Shown: one piece after another, positions 52,978 to 64,000 of the stretch
Position numbering within the stretch: the first letter of the stretch is position 1
Layout of the letters: every line of letters begins with the position of its first letter
Source of the DNA: Hamiltosporidium tvaerminnensis FI-OER-3-3
Lineage: Eukaryota; Fungi; Microsporidia
DNA length: 64,000 nt
Direction: 5' to 3'
Assembly: GCA_022605425.2 (NCBI GenBank)
Contig: JAKIMF020000007.1
Location: 310,001 to 374,000, forward strand
Translations under genes and position numbers: made by a program
Notes under the pieces: generated by a model
Database searches by the model: none
Seen by the model: only the letters and a program-made list of their open reading frames with translations
What the model was told of the DNA's origin: nothing

Positions 52978-53819
52978 AAAATTGAGGTTAAGTAAAAAAC
53001 AGTCTCATTTAAATTTATGTATGTGTTCTTAAAAAAATAATTATGGATATTTTTTTGCCATATTCTAAATGATTTATAACAGTTTTTTAGTTCTGCATTT
53101 TTATTAAATATAATTTAACTCTTGTACCTATTAGCAACATTGAATTTTAAGGTTAAAATAAGTTTAATATAAATATCATTTCTTTAACTCTTAATTCTTT
53201 TTTAATTTGCGAATATATTTAATTTTTTTCGAAATTTTATATTGAAGGAAATCTTAAAGATATGGATCTAAAAAATGAAAAAAAACACTTTAATTGGCCA
53301 TTGATTTCCAATCTCAATTTTTGGATCGATATTAGATTATAAATTTTATCCGGTTTTTTTAATTAGGATATTCCAATATGTATATGCAGAGTTCTATTAT
53401 TTTTAAGCAGAATAAGTGTATTTTGATAAACAAAAATGTTTCGCGATAAAATAGGAATAATTAATGAGGTTTAAAATTATAAAAAAAACACACGTACTCC
53501 GAATTTAGTTGCTAATTTATCAAATTAACCTAATACAAAATTAAAAATCTCAAGGTTTGATTAAAGGGCCTTGTAAAGATGCCGAAAACAGAAAGTATTT
53601 TTGAAACTTTAAACCATAAATTACAATCTAAGTATGAAATTTCAGATCTTCTTAAAAGTTTAGAATTAATTTGATTAACATATAGGTTAATCTATTTTCT
53701 TCATTTAATTTATTTATTTTACTCTTTGAACCGCTTAATCGTCTTCTTATTAATTCGAACTTTCATTGGCATTAATTTTTGTTCGTCCACAGTGATTATG
53801 CCATCTAAAATAAGGAATA

Positions 53820-55740
53820 GATTTTTTTTGTATTTACTTCTTTAACACCATCTTTGTTGAAATCGACTTGCTTTAAAGAAGTGTTGTATTTTGTGCCAAT
53901 TAATCCTTCCGTAAATTGGTGAAGCTCTCTCTAAACCTCTACGATATTTGGTTTATACACAAGCCTTCTCCTTCTATCAAATAAATCGTTTCAACTTTTT
54001 TTGAGCACTATCAAATGAATTTAGGCTTCTTATTTATAAGCATTTGTAATTTTTTTGAATACTCCTTATGCTGTTTTGATTATAGAACCGTCTCATAATA
54101 TAATATATGTAATTATATCAGCAATACCCTTATAATTGAGGCCTAATGAATTGCTAATACACCATAATTTCATAGCTTCTCTTTTTTTAATTAAACGAAA
54201 TGATTCTTAGAATGTGATTCCTATTCTTTGAGTTTTATCTTATTCTGCTTCTGTTCATAATGAAAATATCTGACTTATTATTCCGAATTTTGACATCAAT
54301 TTTTACTCCGGTGTCTATTCTTATATATCTTGCTCGTTATCAAGAATCTCTTGAAACGAAAGACTCCTAATTCGTCTAAAAGACTTAAAAATAATTATAA
54401 AGTATGAGTAAATGTGTTCATCGTGAGACTTTATCGTGTTTTCGTATATAATAATCATGGCTAAGCTTTTTTTCATATATATTTTCTAGATTTCCACTGT
54501 TTTTCTTGCTGTTTTGCAGAATGACACACACCTTCTGCTCCCCATAAATCATTTCTCTACTGAATTTAACAGACCGCTTTATTTTGTGGTTGACTATCTT
54601 TTTGTTTCGGCCGCCTCGAAAAGTCACTAACTCTTTTAAGATCGTTATTTCTAGAACCGAATAACTCTAACGTAGTTCTCGGTTTCCTATTTCGTTATAT
54701 AAGATAGCTATTTGAGCTTTTCTAATTTATTCTTTGTGACTTTCTCATCCGACATGTTTTTCGATTTAAATTTTTTTTTAATTAAACAAGGTGAATTTTG
54801 TTATTAAATACCTTAGGATTGCTTCTCTTCTGGTAGAAGTATCTTTAGATTTTTCATGAGAATTCAAGAGTTGCAAAAGAACATGTTCGCTGCAAAATAT
54901 AACACAGGTTAGACCACTATCAAGTTCAATTCTGTGTAACAACAGAAACTCTTTACTTCCTAGGCGTATATATTTTATTTTTTTACTAACACTTCTCATA
55001 CTCCATAATTCAAAAATTATAATTAGCCTGGTTCAAATCGAAGTACACCTATAGGATGATGTAGTAAAAATACTGCATATTGATTAACTGCTATGTATTT
55101 TTTTCGTTCAATATCGTGCAAAAAAGTCTCTCTATTTGTGATTTTAGTTTAATCAGTACTTTTTAAAAAACCTACGTATTTGAATTTATCTGCTGCCTCA
55201 TATTATTCCAGGATATTTAAAACGCTTATAACTTCAACATGAGTCGCAGTATCTTCGTAACATAAATCTTTCTGCCGAGATCTCTCTTTTTATTTCCAAT
55301 ATTCTTTTTTTCATGAGCATTTTCATCTCTTGGTCAACTTTTAAGCGAATTTCGATCTTTAGTAAGGTGCGTGAGATAATAAATCAACGAGAGAAGATCG
55401 GTAAAGTTTTATGCCTTATCCGTTTGTACCGTGGCTTTTTATTTGTCTCATTAAGCTTTCGGCGCATTGAATCCATGACAACAAAATCGGCGAACTTGAA
55501 TGACTATCATCCTGAAAAATCCGATATTAATATTATTGTCCAAGATTTTAACAGAGCCTTAAATATCATTTTATTTTTATTTTGCTGTTGTTACCTTAAA
55601 TATTTCAAAATCCAATCAGGTAAATAAAAGTCTCAAGTATTGGGTCCAATGAGCATGATATAATGAATTATGACCTTTTTAGAGATCAATACACGTTGAT
55701 TTGATATTGTTTCTATACATTCTATTAAGAATGTGTCAAA
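53820..55740 (-). mobile_element. Old, heavily degraded copy of the RLE retrotransposon
   Basis: 54277-54390 aligns at nucleotide level with 13194-13310 of copy 1; ORF 54778-54999 (EHVLLQLL...STRREAIL) matches ENMLLQLL...STRRAELL. Confidence 0.75.
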
Positions 55741-55759
55741 AACACTTTTAAAGTACACC

Positions 55760-56479
55760 TTATTTAAAAGTAACACATATTTTTAGAACAGAAGCAAGTT
55801 TTATATTTGTTTTCATGATATTAACGCAGTTCTAGGTTTAACATAAATGACTGCTACCCCAACACTCCGTCGGTAACCCCATGCGATATCTACATCCCAA
55901 ATCCTTTCATCTACCAGGTGTGTAGAACCTAATTACTAGGAAAGGCAGTTTACCGGAGTTCGTTAATGTTCGTTGCATGGAGTGTGATCGAAGGCCGAAG
56001 CCCCCCGGGCTCCCCCAAGACTATGCAGCGTTCCCATTTACTCTACACTTTCAGAATCCAATAAACTTCTAGCTAAGATATATTTCAGAGATTTACATGG
56101 GGTTAACCTAGACAGTGCAGTGTCATAACAACAGGTATAACATGCTACTTAGCTCTCCCGGCTTTAAATGGTTTTTATTTTTATATTTCCTAGGTGCTAT
56201 GTTTTCTAATCCGAGTAAGCAATGCTAGGTTTCCATGCTTTTACATGGCAATTACCTACAGGTTCAGCTGGGTCTTTTGATCCAGTTACATAAAAATTAC
56301 AAGTAAATTTGTAGAAAAGGTTTCGCCATTTCGTAGACCTCTCCTCCTCGTAACAACACCCATAGAACAACTGAAGATATAGTGTGGTTTTATTCCCATC
56401 AAAACCCGCAATGATCTTCACACCAGTTTCACCCACTCATTGCCAAGCAGAAAGTTTTTTATGTGGTTATCGTCCCTCC
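55760..56479 (-). mobile_element. ~720-bp family A element, copy 3 (more diverged)
   Basis: Collinear with 11064-11789 from TTATTTAAAAGTA to GTGGTTATC.TCCCTCC, with scattered substitutions (roughly 85-90% identity by eye). Confidence 0.8.
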
Positions 56480-56491
56480 CCTAAAATATAT

Positions 56492-56920
56492 TTATTTAAT
56501 AAAATTCTGGGTTAAAATATTTTTTACCATTTTTATATGTTTTCTTCTACCTCTTTAACCACTTTTGGCTCTTCTTCCAAATCCGACTCTTTATTTATGT
56601 TATTGGTCGGTTCCTCTAAAGTAGTTCCTCTTTGTGAAATAAAGGGTGCTTTATTTTTTGGTTTAAAATTTTTTGCACCATCTTCCTCTCTCTTCTCTTC
56701 TTTTAAAGGGGGTGTTGGTTCCTCATGCATCTCTGCTCTCATAATAACACCCATTGACGCTCTCTCCTAGCTCTATTCGGCATTTAGTCCTGACTCAAGT
56801 CCTCTTCGTCGATCAAAGGAAATTGTTTCGACTGTCTTCTTAAGTACTATAGACTGAATGTATGCCCCTACATTCATGGGTATTTCTAGTCTTTTAAGAT
56901 GAGATTTATGGTATTTTGTC
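56492..56920 (-). mobile_element. Recent 5'-truncated RLE retrotransposon copy with target-site duplication
   Basis: Highly similar to 12573-12997; flanked by the direct repeat TCCCCTAAAATATAT (56477-56491 and 56919-56933). Confidence 0.92.
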
Positions 56921-57086
56921 CCCTAAAATATATATATATTATATTGATTTAAATTAAATTTAAAAAGTATTTAGCTACTTGGTAAGTGCATATTTTTTTT
57001 AGGCGAATTCTTTATCTCTTTGACCAATTTATCACATTCTCTCATATTCTTATAAATCGAATTAATTCAAAAATCAGAAAAGAAAT

Positions 57087-57315
57087 CTATTCATCATTGG
57101 CACTACAGCCCTGTGCGGGCCTTGGCCTCTCTTAGTACTACCGCCCACCGGTCTTTTTCGAGTGGATTTGTTCACTTATCGGGTTTTAACAAGGTAGTTT
57201 TAAAGGATGGGTTGTTAGCCCTGCGCTCAACATGGAGGATCAGACTCTTTTAGTCGCCTCTTACGACAAGCAAAAAATACTCCAAGCCAATTCTGCACCT
57301 GGCATGGGGGAGATA
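57087..57315 (-). mobile_element. RTE-like non-autonomous element, copy 2
   Basis: Minus strand reads CCCCCATGCC...GCTTGTCGTAAGAGGCGACTAAAAG...GGGCTAACAACCC...AGGCCAAGGCCCGCACAGGGCTGTAGTGCCAATGATGAATAG; candidate TSD AAAAGAAAT at 57078-57086 and 57316-57324. Confidence 0.7.
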
Positions 57316-57477
57316 AAAAGAAATTTACATTTATTAAATCTTAAAATTAGAATCAAGGACTAGAAAATAAATCAAAGAAATTAAAACAAAATATATTGAT
57401 AGCTTTAAAATCAAATTAAAAGAAAATGAAAGAAATTCAAGGAAAACCAGACTAGATAATTCAAACAACAATTTTTA

Positions 57478-58653
57478 TTAGAATGCTTTTTTATATTCCA
57501 TTTTTGTTTCCATTTTCTTATAATCAGCAACTTTTCTCACTGCCTTTACAAAGTCATCTTGAACAACATAATCTCGGTCGTCTCGGATAGCAAACAGACC
57601 AGCTTCAGTACAGACATTTCGTAAATCTGCTCCATTGAATCCAACCGATAATTTTACAATAATTTCAAAATCAATTTCTTCCCCTTTCTCAATTTCACAA
57701 GAATGTATTTCCAATATTTCTCGTCTTCCTTTTTCATTTGGAATCGGAATTTCAATCTTTCTGTCTATTCTACCCGGTCTTAGAAGTGCTGGATCTAAAA
57801 TATCGGGCCTGTTGGTTGCCATTATAATTTTGACATTACTTAGATTGTTAAATCCATCCATTTGATTTAAAAGTTCCATAAGCGTTCTTTGTACTTCTCT
57901 GTCTGAAGAAGTAGAGTCTTGTGATCTTTTCCCACCGATAGCATCTATTTCATCCATAAAAATTATACACGGAGCTCTTTCTCTGGCATAGTTGAACATT
58001 TCTCTAATTACTCTACTACTTTCTCCAATATATTTCTCAATAATTCCAGAACTTACAATTTTAATAAAATTCACATCCAATGTAGCTGCAACTGCTCTGG
58101 CAAGTAAAGTTTTACCGGTTCCAGGTGGTCCGTATAACAGTACACCCTTTGGTGGCGTAACACCAACTCTTTTAAATATTTCAGGATTTTTTATAGGTAA
58201 TTCAACTACTTCTCGGATTTCTCTTATTTGTTCTCTTAAACCACCAATAAATTCAAATCCGGTCAATCCAGGAGATTCAAGTGTCATTAAAAAAACAGCA
58301 GGATCAACTTCTCTGTTCAAATCCTTAACAATAGTAAGTGTAGTAATATCAAGAGCTACTCTTGTTCCCACTTTCAAATTTTTTTCTCTTAAAACTTTAC
58401 TACATCCTACTAAATACCTTGGACCATGTGGTGTTTTTACAATAAATTCACCTTTAGGAAGTACTTGTACTATTTCTGCAATTATAAGACCAACTGATTG
58501 CATAGCTTTGACATCTTTTTCCGATTTTTCATATTTTTCATTTACTTCTTTGAATAAAAGCCTTTTTTCTTTTAATATTTTGCTTACTGCTTCATGTTCC
58601 TTTATTAATGCGTAAAGTGTATCATATTTTTTTAAAAGATCTTTATCTGCCAT
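57478..58653 (-). CDS. RPT4: 26S proteasome regulatory AAA-ATPase subunit Rpt4 (10B/PSMC6)
   Basis: Walker [12 protein letters not shown], Walker [29 protein letters not shown]; Rpt4-type segments [46 protein letters not shown] and [14 protein letters not shown]. Confidence 0.95.
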   Translation of the reverse strand: MADKDLLKKYDTLYALIKEHEAVSKILKEKRLLFKEVNEKYEKSEKDVKAMQSVGLIIAEIVQVLPKGEFIVKTPHGPRYLVGCSKVLREKNLKVGTRVALDITTLTIVKDLNREVDPAVFLMTLESPGLTGFEFIGGLREQIREIREVVELPIKNPEIFKRVGVTPPKGVLLYGPPGTGKTLLARAVAATLDVNFIKIVSSGIIEKYIGESSRVIREMFNYARERAPCIIFMDEIDAIGGKRSQDSTSSDREVQRTLMELLNQMDGFNNLSNVKIIMATNRPDILDPALLRPGRIDRKIEIPIPNEKGRREILEIHSCEIEKGEEIDFEIIVKLSVGFNGADLRNVCTEAGLFAIRDDRDYVVQDDFVKAVRKVADYKKMETKMEYKKAF

Positions 58654-60599
58654 TTTAAATATTTGAATTGTTTATTTTGGGGATACAAAAATTTATTTTT
58701 ATAATTTTTTTTGAATTTCTAAATGTTTTGGAATAATTATCAAGTTTTTTCTTTTATTTCGTTTTGGGTTTTTTTTACGAATTTATTGTGTAATATTACA
58801 TTAGTTTTTGAGAAAGAGAATGTATTTTAGGGTATTTCAAATTCAAAATAAATAGAAATTGATAAAAATTTATAACAACAGCAGAGTTTACGATTTTATA
58901 CAATTTATACAATGAAATTTATTTTTTGTCAAAGTTTAATGTTTTTTAGATTTAAAAATTCGAGGGATAGAAATAGCTGCCGAGAAAATACACTCAAGTA
59001 AATACGTAATTCTCGACACGATTTTTGTATAATTTTTTGTAATATAGATTGAACATTTTATGATTCAATATATAAAAAAAATCATTTTGAAATTATTCTT
59101 CATTTCGAAATGTAAATTTCATTTAAGGAAATAAATTTAGACTTAACATTATCAAAACGAAGGTGTTATATATCATTAAGGTATAAAAAAAGAGATTTAT
59201 TATTCACAAATGAGATACAAGTGATTCATCTCTTCCTGCAAATTTGCCAAGTTGATATATTAATAAATTATAGAAGAAGATGAAAACTTCCTCCTAAGGG
59301 ATTTGAGAAATATTAAAGCACGAGAATGTAGACATATCGAGGAAAATAATAAATCGGTACCTTGAAAAACTTAAAATCAACATATGAAGCTTGGATGTTG
59401 AACTAATGGTTATATTTGATACAACGATAAAGTTTAAAATGGCTAAAATGATGAACATTGTTTAAAAGATAACTTAAAGCCTCATGTCATGTCAAGGCTT
59501 TGCTTTGAAGCAAAGGGAATTATAGCCGTCAGAGACTCTGCCTTCGGGGAAAAGTATATAAGTCTCACAATATTAGTTAAGCAAAAAAACGAAAGAGACG
59601 TTAGTTATATGGTTTTCATATAAACATTTGGGAAACGGCTATTATCGGTATAAAGAGAGATAAACTATGATATAATCGACTTCTATCGGAAATTTTGTTT
59701 GCATCTATTAAAAATTTTAATCAAAATTAAATTTCATTTTTCAACAAGATGTTGCATCTTCATAAATCAAAAAATAAAATGAATTTTGAGTTAAAATGGA
59801 ATTTAAGTGATTGAATCACAAACTCAACCATCCGATCTAACTCCACTGAGGAAATACGATTATTAAAAAGAAAATTAAAAATTTATATAAAACTAAACAC
59901 AGATAAAACAGGTAAGTCAAGCTTATCGCAGAAATAATCATTCTAACAATCAAACGCCTTTATAGAATATATTCTAAGCGTTGAAGATATGATGAGATTG
60001 AAAGAAAAAAACACGCATTTTGCAATGAAATGTCCCTATTTTGATCAAATATTTACAAGTTTTTAATAAATCAATAGCAAATATCCAATATAAGATGATA
60101 TTGAATGAACTTAATTTTGATGGTAATATAAATCGACTCGAATATATAATCGAGTAATATATACTAAGAAGACGACGCTTCTTGATATGTTTATTTAGTT
60201 TGAAAATAAATCTAGGACACCAACAATAGTGTTTCAATTAGAAATATGCCACCTATTAATTGTTTATAAATCTTACACAAATAATATTGGTTTTCCGAAA
60301 TATACCTAGAGACATCTCATGACTTTATTGGCTCAAAAAAACATTCGCATAAATTATTGTTCAAATATTTACTAGATTATGTTTTTTGTCGTACACATAT
60401 GCAGGGTTTATCAATATAAGTAGTCGTTTATTTACATACAAAACTTTACAAGAAACAGTAAGAAAAAAAAATAAGATGAAAAAAAACATTAAAAAAGAAG
60501 AAAAGATAATTCTGAAAGAAGAAACTTAAATACGAAAAAAAAATCCTATTAAAAAAAACCTAAACCAATAAAACTTGGAATATAAACATGAAAACGTGT

Positions 60600-61800
60600 A
60601 TTATTTAATTTTTAAAGCATCGTTAGTTTATTTTTAAATATAGCTTTTGATATTCTCAACCTTCTTTATTAAAGACTCTAGAACTGTCAGTGCTGACCCT
60701 CTTTGCAATAATTAAGCTTCCTCATTCGTGAAAAATATATAATTTGGTTTTTCGAATCGATTGATTATTATCAAAAAATTTTCAAGTAAGTATCCTGGCT
60801 CTTGTATTAAAGGCGATAAGGTGGTAATGAACATCAGAATATTTGCCATACTCGAAATATAGGTGTTTCTTTACCTTATATAATCTTTTCGAAAGAAAAA
60901 ATAGAAGCTTGCGGCTCTTCGCTACCATAACTGCTATATTGTTCATTTCTTCAGTAATTTTAAATTGTATTCAATAGCTTATTCATCTTAACTCATTTCG
61001 AATAATTCTTCATTTTCCGTGGAATTATCAGCAGAAGGCAATATGTGTACGCATTTTTGGCCTCTAAATTCTGCGTTCTTGACATAATTATTGACTTACA
61101 CTATGATGTAATACTCAAATACAATTTTATCAAGAATTTCAACTCAATTTTTTTAGATGACTGGTACTTTGCTATTTTCTTAAAAATTTTGATTGAGACT
61201 TTCGATCTTATCTTTGTCTTGGGAATGTCTTGTGTTTTATGTATTCTCCCAACGTTAAGCAAACATGGAAGTTTTTTGACAAACGAATTATTGTTTTCTC
61301 GCCGTTTATCGCTTTGTAAAACAATCAGTGCACCTTCATATATAAACATTCGGTTTAGAGTAGATAGAATCTTTTCGGCTTTTTTATTTTTAAATGCAAA
61401 CAAAAAAAAATTTTGCTAAACAATCTAAAATATTTACGATCTTTGCATATCGGTTATTTTCAGTGGAATAGTTGCTTAAATTAACGCCACGTGTTTCATC
61501 ATATGTCACTTATGTCGGCAAAAGACTGGTATAATTTGTTGATGGCGTCAAATGGCTGATATATCTTGCGAGTTAGACAATTTAAAACATATTCGTTGAG
61601 ACTTTTTTTTAAACCAGATATGGCAAGTTTTTAAGTTTACTTATTTCGCTCTTATTCTTCTAGAATCAGGTAGTGAAGTGTATCAAATATAGCATTTTGT
61701 TTTATAAAATCGACTTCAGTGATCGCCTCTTTATAATTATTATAATTTTCTTTATAAAACAATTTTCTATTATAAACGCATAGTTTTTACTTTTCCTAAA
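60600..61800 (-). mobile_element. Possible hAT-type transposase relic (BED-finger-like start)
   Basis: Broken minus-strand fragments HIWFK, ICFKLSNSQDISAI*RH, SADNSTE and a CxxH-like remnant near 60830, in hAT order; heavily decayed. Confidence 0.25.
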
Positions 61801-64000
61801 AAAAATTTAGTTTCCCAATAAGATTCGCCAGGAAGTGTTATTTTTATCAGCAGGTATGTTTCGTAAATTTTATTTATATCTAGTTCGAATAAGCACCATT
61901 GAATTTAATTCTTACCTATTTCTGCCAAAACCATATGAAAAAAATAATGAACTCACCTTAATAGAAAGTCCTGTAGAAGAAAAAAAAAGAATCAAGAATT
62001 TTAAATTTAAAAAAATGCTTTAAAGGAGTGAAGAAAATTTCTTTTTTTGCTTATATGGGTAATCTACATAAGGTGGGTGCGATTTTCATTATAATGAAAG
62101 CACTAATAAAACATTTTTTTTTATTTTTCTTTGAAGTTTAATATTTCTTCTAAAAAATCTCTATTTTTAAATCACCTGAATAGTTTTTCTCGTTTCCTTT
62201 CACATTCTACGCAATAGTAAAATATAATTTTTTAGAAAGTTTATATTCGATTATTTATTGGTATTTAGGGTAATAACTCCGAAGAAAATATATCAAAAAC
62301 AATAGTTTCGAATAATTATACTTGCTATACTAACGTTAATAATAAAAATAATTTTAAGTTAACTTGTTCTTGAACAAACTAATACATTATACCACATAGG
62401 AAAACTGTTGTTCGAAGCAGCGAAAACGTTTCACAAGAATAAATTTCATTTACAATGAAACTTAAATGGAATAAAATAGATATGGTAAACATATTTGAGT
62501 GAAATAGAAATAATGAGCAAGACCTACAAGTCAATTTATATTCAAATAAAAAAAATGAAAAAGTTCTGATCAAAAAACATTCTGGTTTTTCTCAAGAAAT
62601 CTCTTTAAAGGTGCTAAAAAGGCTGATGTTTAGGTTAAAAAATATACAGGAAACATATTAGGCAAAAGTATAAAATTAAAAAAGAATAGATCGAAAAATT
62701 ATTGGCTAAAAAATTAAGATCTACTCGATAACCTTTTTTTTATTTTTTTGTTAATGTAAAATCGGTTCTGATAATAGAATCTAAAAGCAATTAAGGATAT
62801 AAATAATTACCCGGTATATAAAAAGACGGCGATATCATGGATTTTATCAAAGCCGAAAATCAGTGCCAACTATAAATTTTATAAGGCTTAAAAAAACATG
62901 CTTGGTATCATTAGAGAATATGATTCTAAAAAAGATTTACCCTTTCATTACTAAATACCAAAGTTATAAAATTGATGACTGTTAATAAAAAGACCTAAGA
63001 CGTATAGCTTTTTAAAATAATCGATAATATTTATAATGAATCAAGAGCAAATAAACCAGTAAATAAAATATAAAGAAAAATTAAGATATCTTACTTTTAA
63101 TTTAAAAAGTTTATATAATTTTAATACTTTGATACTTTAGATTTAAATATGTCTAAATATATTTATGTTATTAAAATATATGGTTATAAACTTTTGGATT
63201 TAAAGAAATATTTCAATTTTTGAACGGTTTTATTTTCATTTATATTACTCTTAAATATTAATCTCACTGGTTTTTTAACATAATATTCTAAAGTTTTAAT
63301 TTATGATTTTTTACCAGTTTTATTTTTTTACCAAAAAACTTAAAACACTAAGTTTACCTTTGAAAAAGATTTTGCGAAATCTTTATGTTTAGTATTTAAT
63401 TTAACTTTAAATTTTAAAAAATTAGGTAAAATATAATCAACAACAGAAATATGTTAATATAAAACGAGTAGAACTTTATATTGGTACAATTAATTTTTAT
63501 TTTTCTAATTATAAAAGGAGAAATATCAAAACTAATTAAAATATTAATTTATTCATATAAAAGACACAATATAACGATTTTTTTAATTTATTAGATATAA
63601 ATTATTTTCTTAATTCATTCTATTTAACTCAAGACACATACATGGAAATTTTTAAAATTTTTATTGTCTATATATTCTTGTATTTGAATTTTAGAATTTT
63701 ATAACTTACAAGAAAAATAATTAACAGTCGTTTTTTTTTATTTCTTCATTTTTACGACATATTTGAAAAATTTGTACAGCAAATTGAAGAAAAATTTAAA
63801 AAACAAATTATTCTATTTAATCTAAAATAAATTTTAATGATAGTTTATTTTGTAATTTGCTCTGATAAATTAAACGAAATAGATTTTAATTTTGATATAG
63901 ACAAAAAATGCACACAAGTATTTAATATCATCAGAATCATATCTAAATGTTTCTTATTATAAACATTTTTCTTCACATTGTAATCTTTTTATGCAGCAAG

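Noticed and set aside
57635-58615. Plus-strand ORFs of 76 and 207 aa
   Set aside because: Antisense shadows of RPT4.
59100-59800. Possible LTR-retrotransposon integrase remnant (HLG...C-like fragments)
   Set aside because: Too fragmentary to support by eye; needs a translated search.

Overview
Very AT-rich, gene-sparse eukaryotic DNA. Intron-less genes, CCC-like motifs before ATGs, a divergent proteasome ATPase and signal-peptide/LRR multigene families suggest a large-genome microsporidian (Hamiltosporidium-like); this is inference. The only clearly recognisable housekeeping gene is RPT4 (57478-58653, -). The window also holds three tandem ~790-aa paralogues (hydrophobic N-terminus, BTB/SKP1-like block, LRR-like repeats) that are mosaics of one another, an LRR pseudogene, and three orphan ORFs. 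Mobile DNA is abundant: five copies of different ages of an RT + restriction-like endonuclease (R4/Dong-like) non-LTR retrotransposon, plus faint piggyBac, Merlin and hAT relics. The most novel signal is a set of non-coding, apparently structured, mobile elements. (i) A ~727-bp element in three copies, two forming a ~1.5-kb head-to-head inverted repeat fused to the retrotransposon 3' end. (ii) A ~230-bp family sharing the same ~110-nt head. (iii) A ~235-bp RTE-like bipartite mini-element in two copies. All calls were made by eye; no searches or folding were run.
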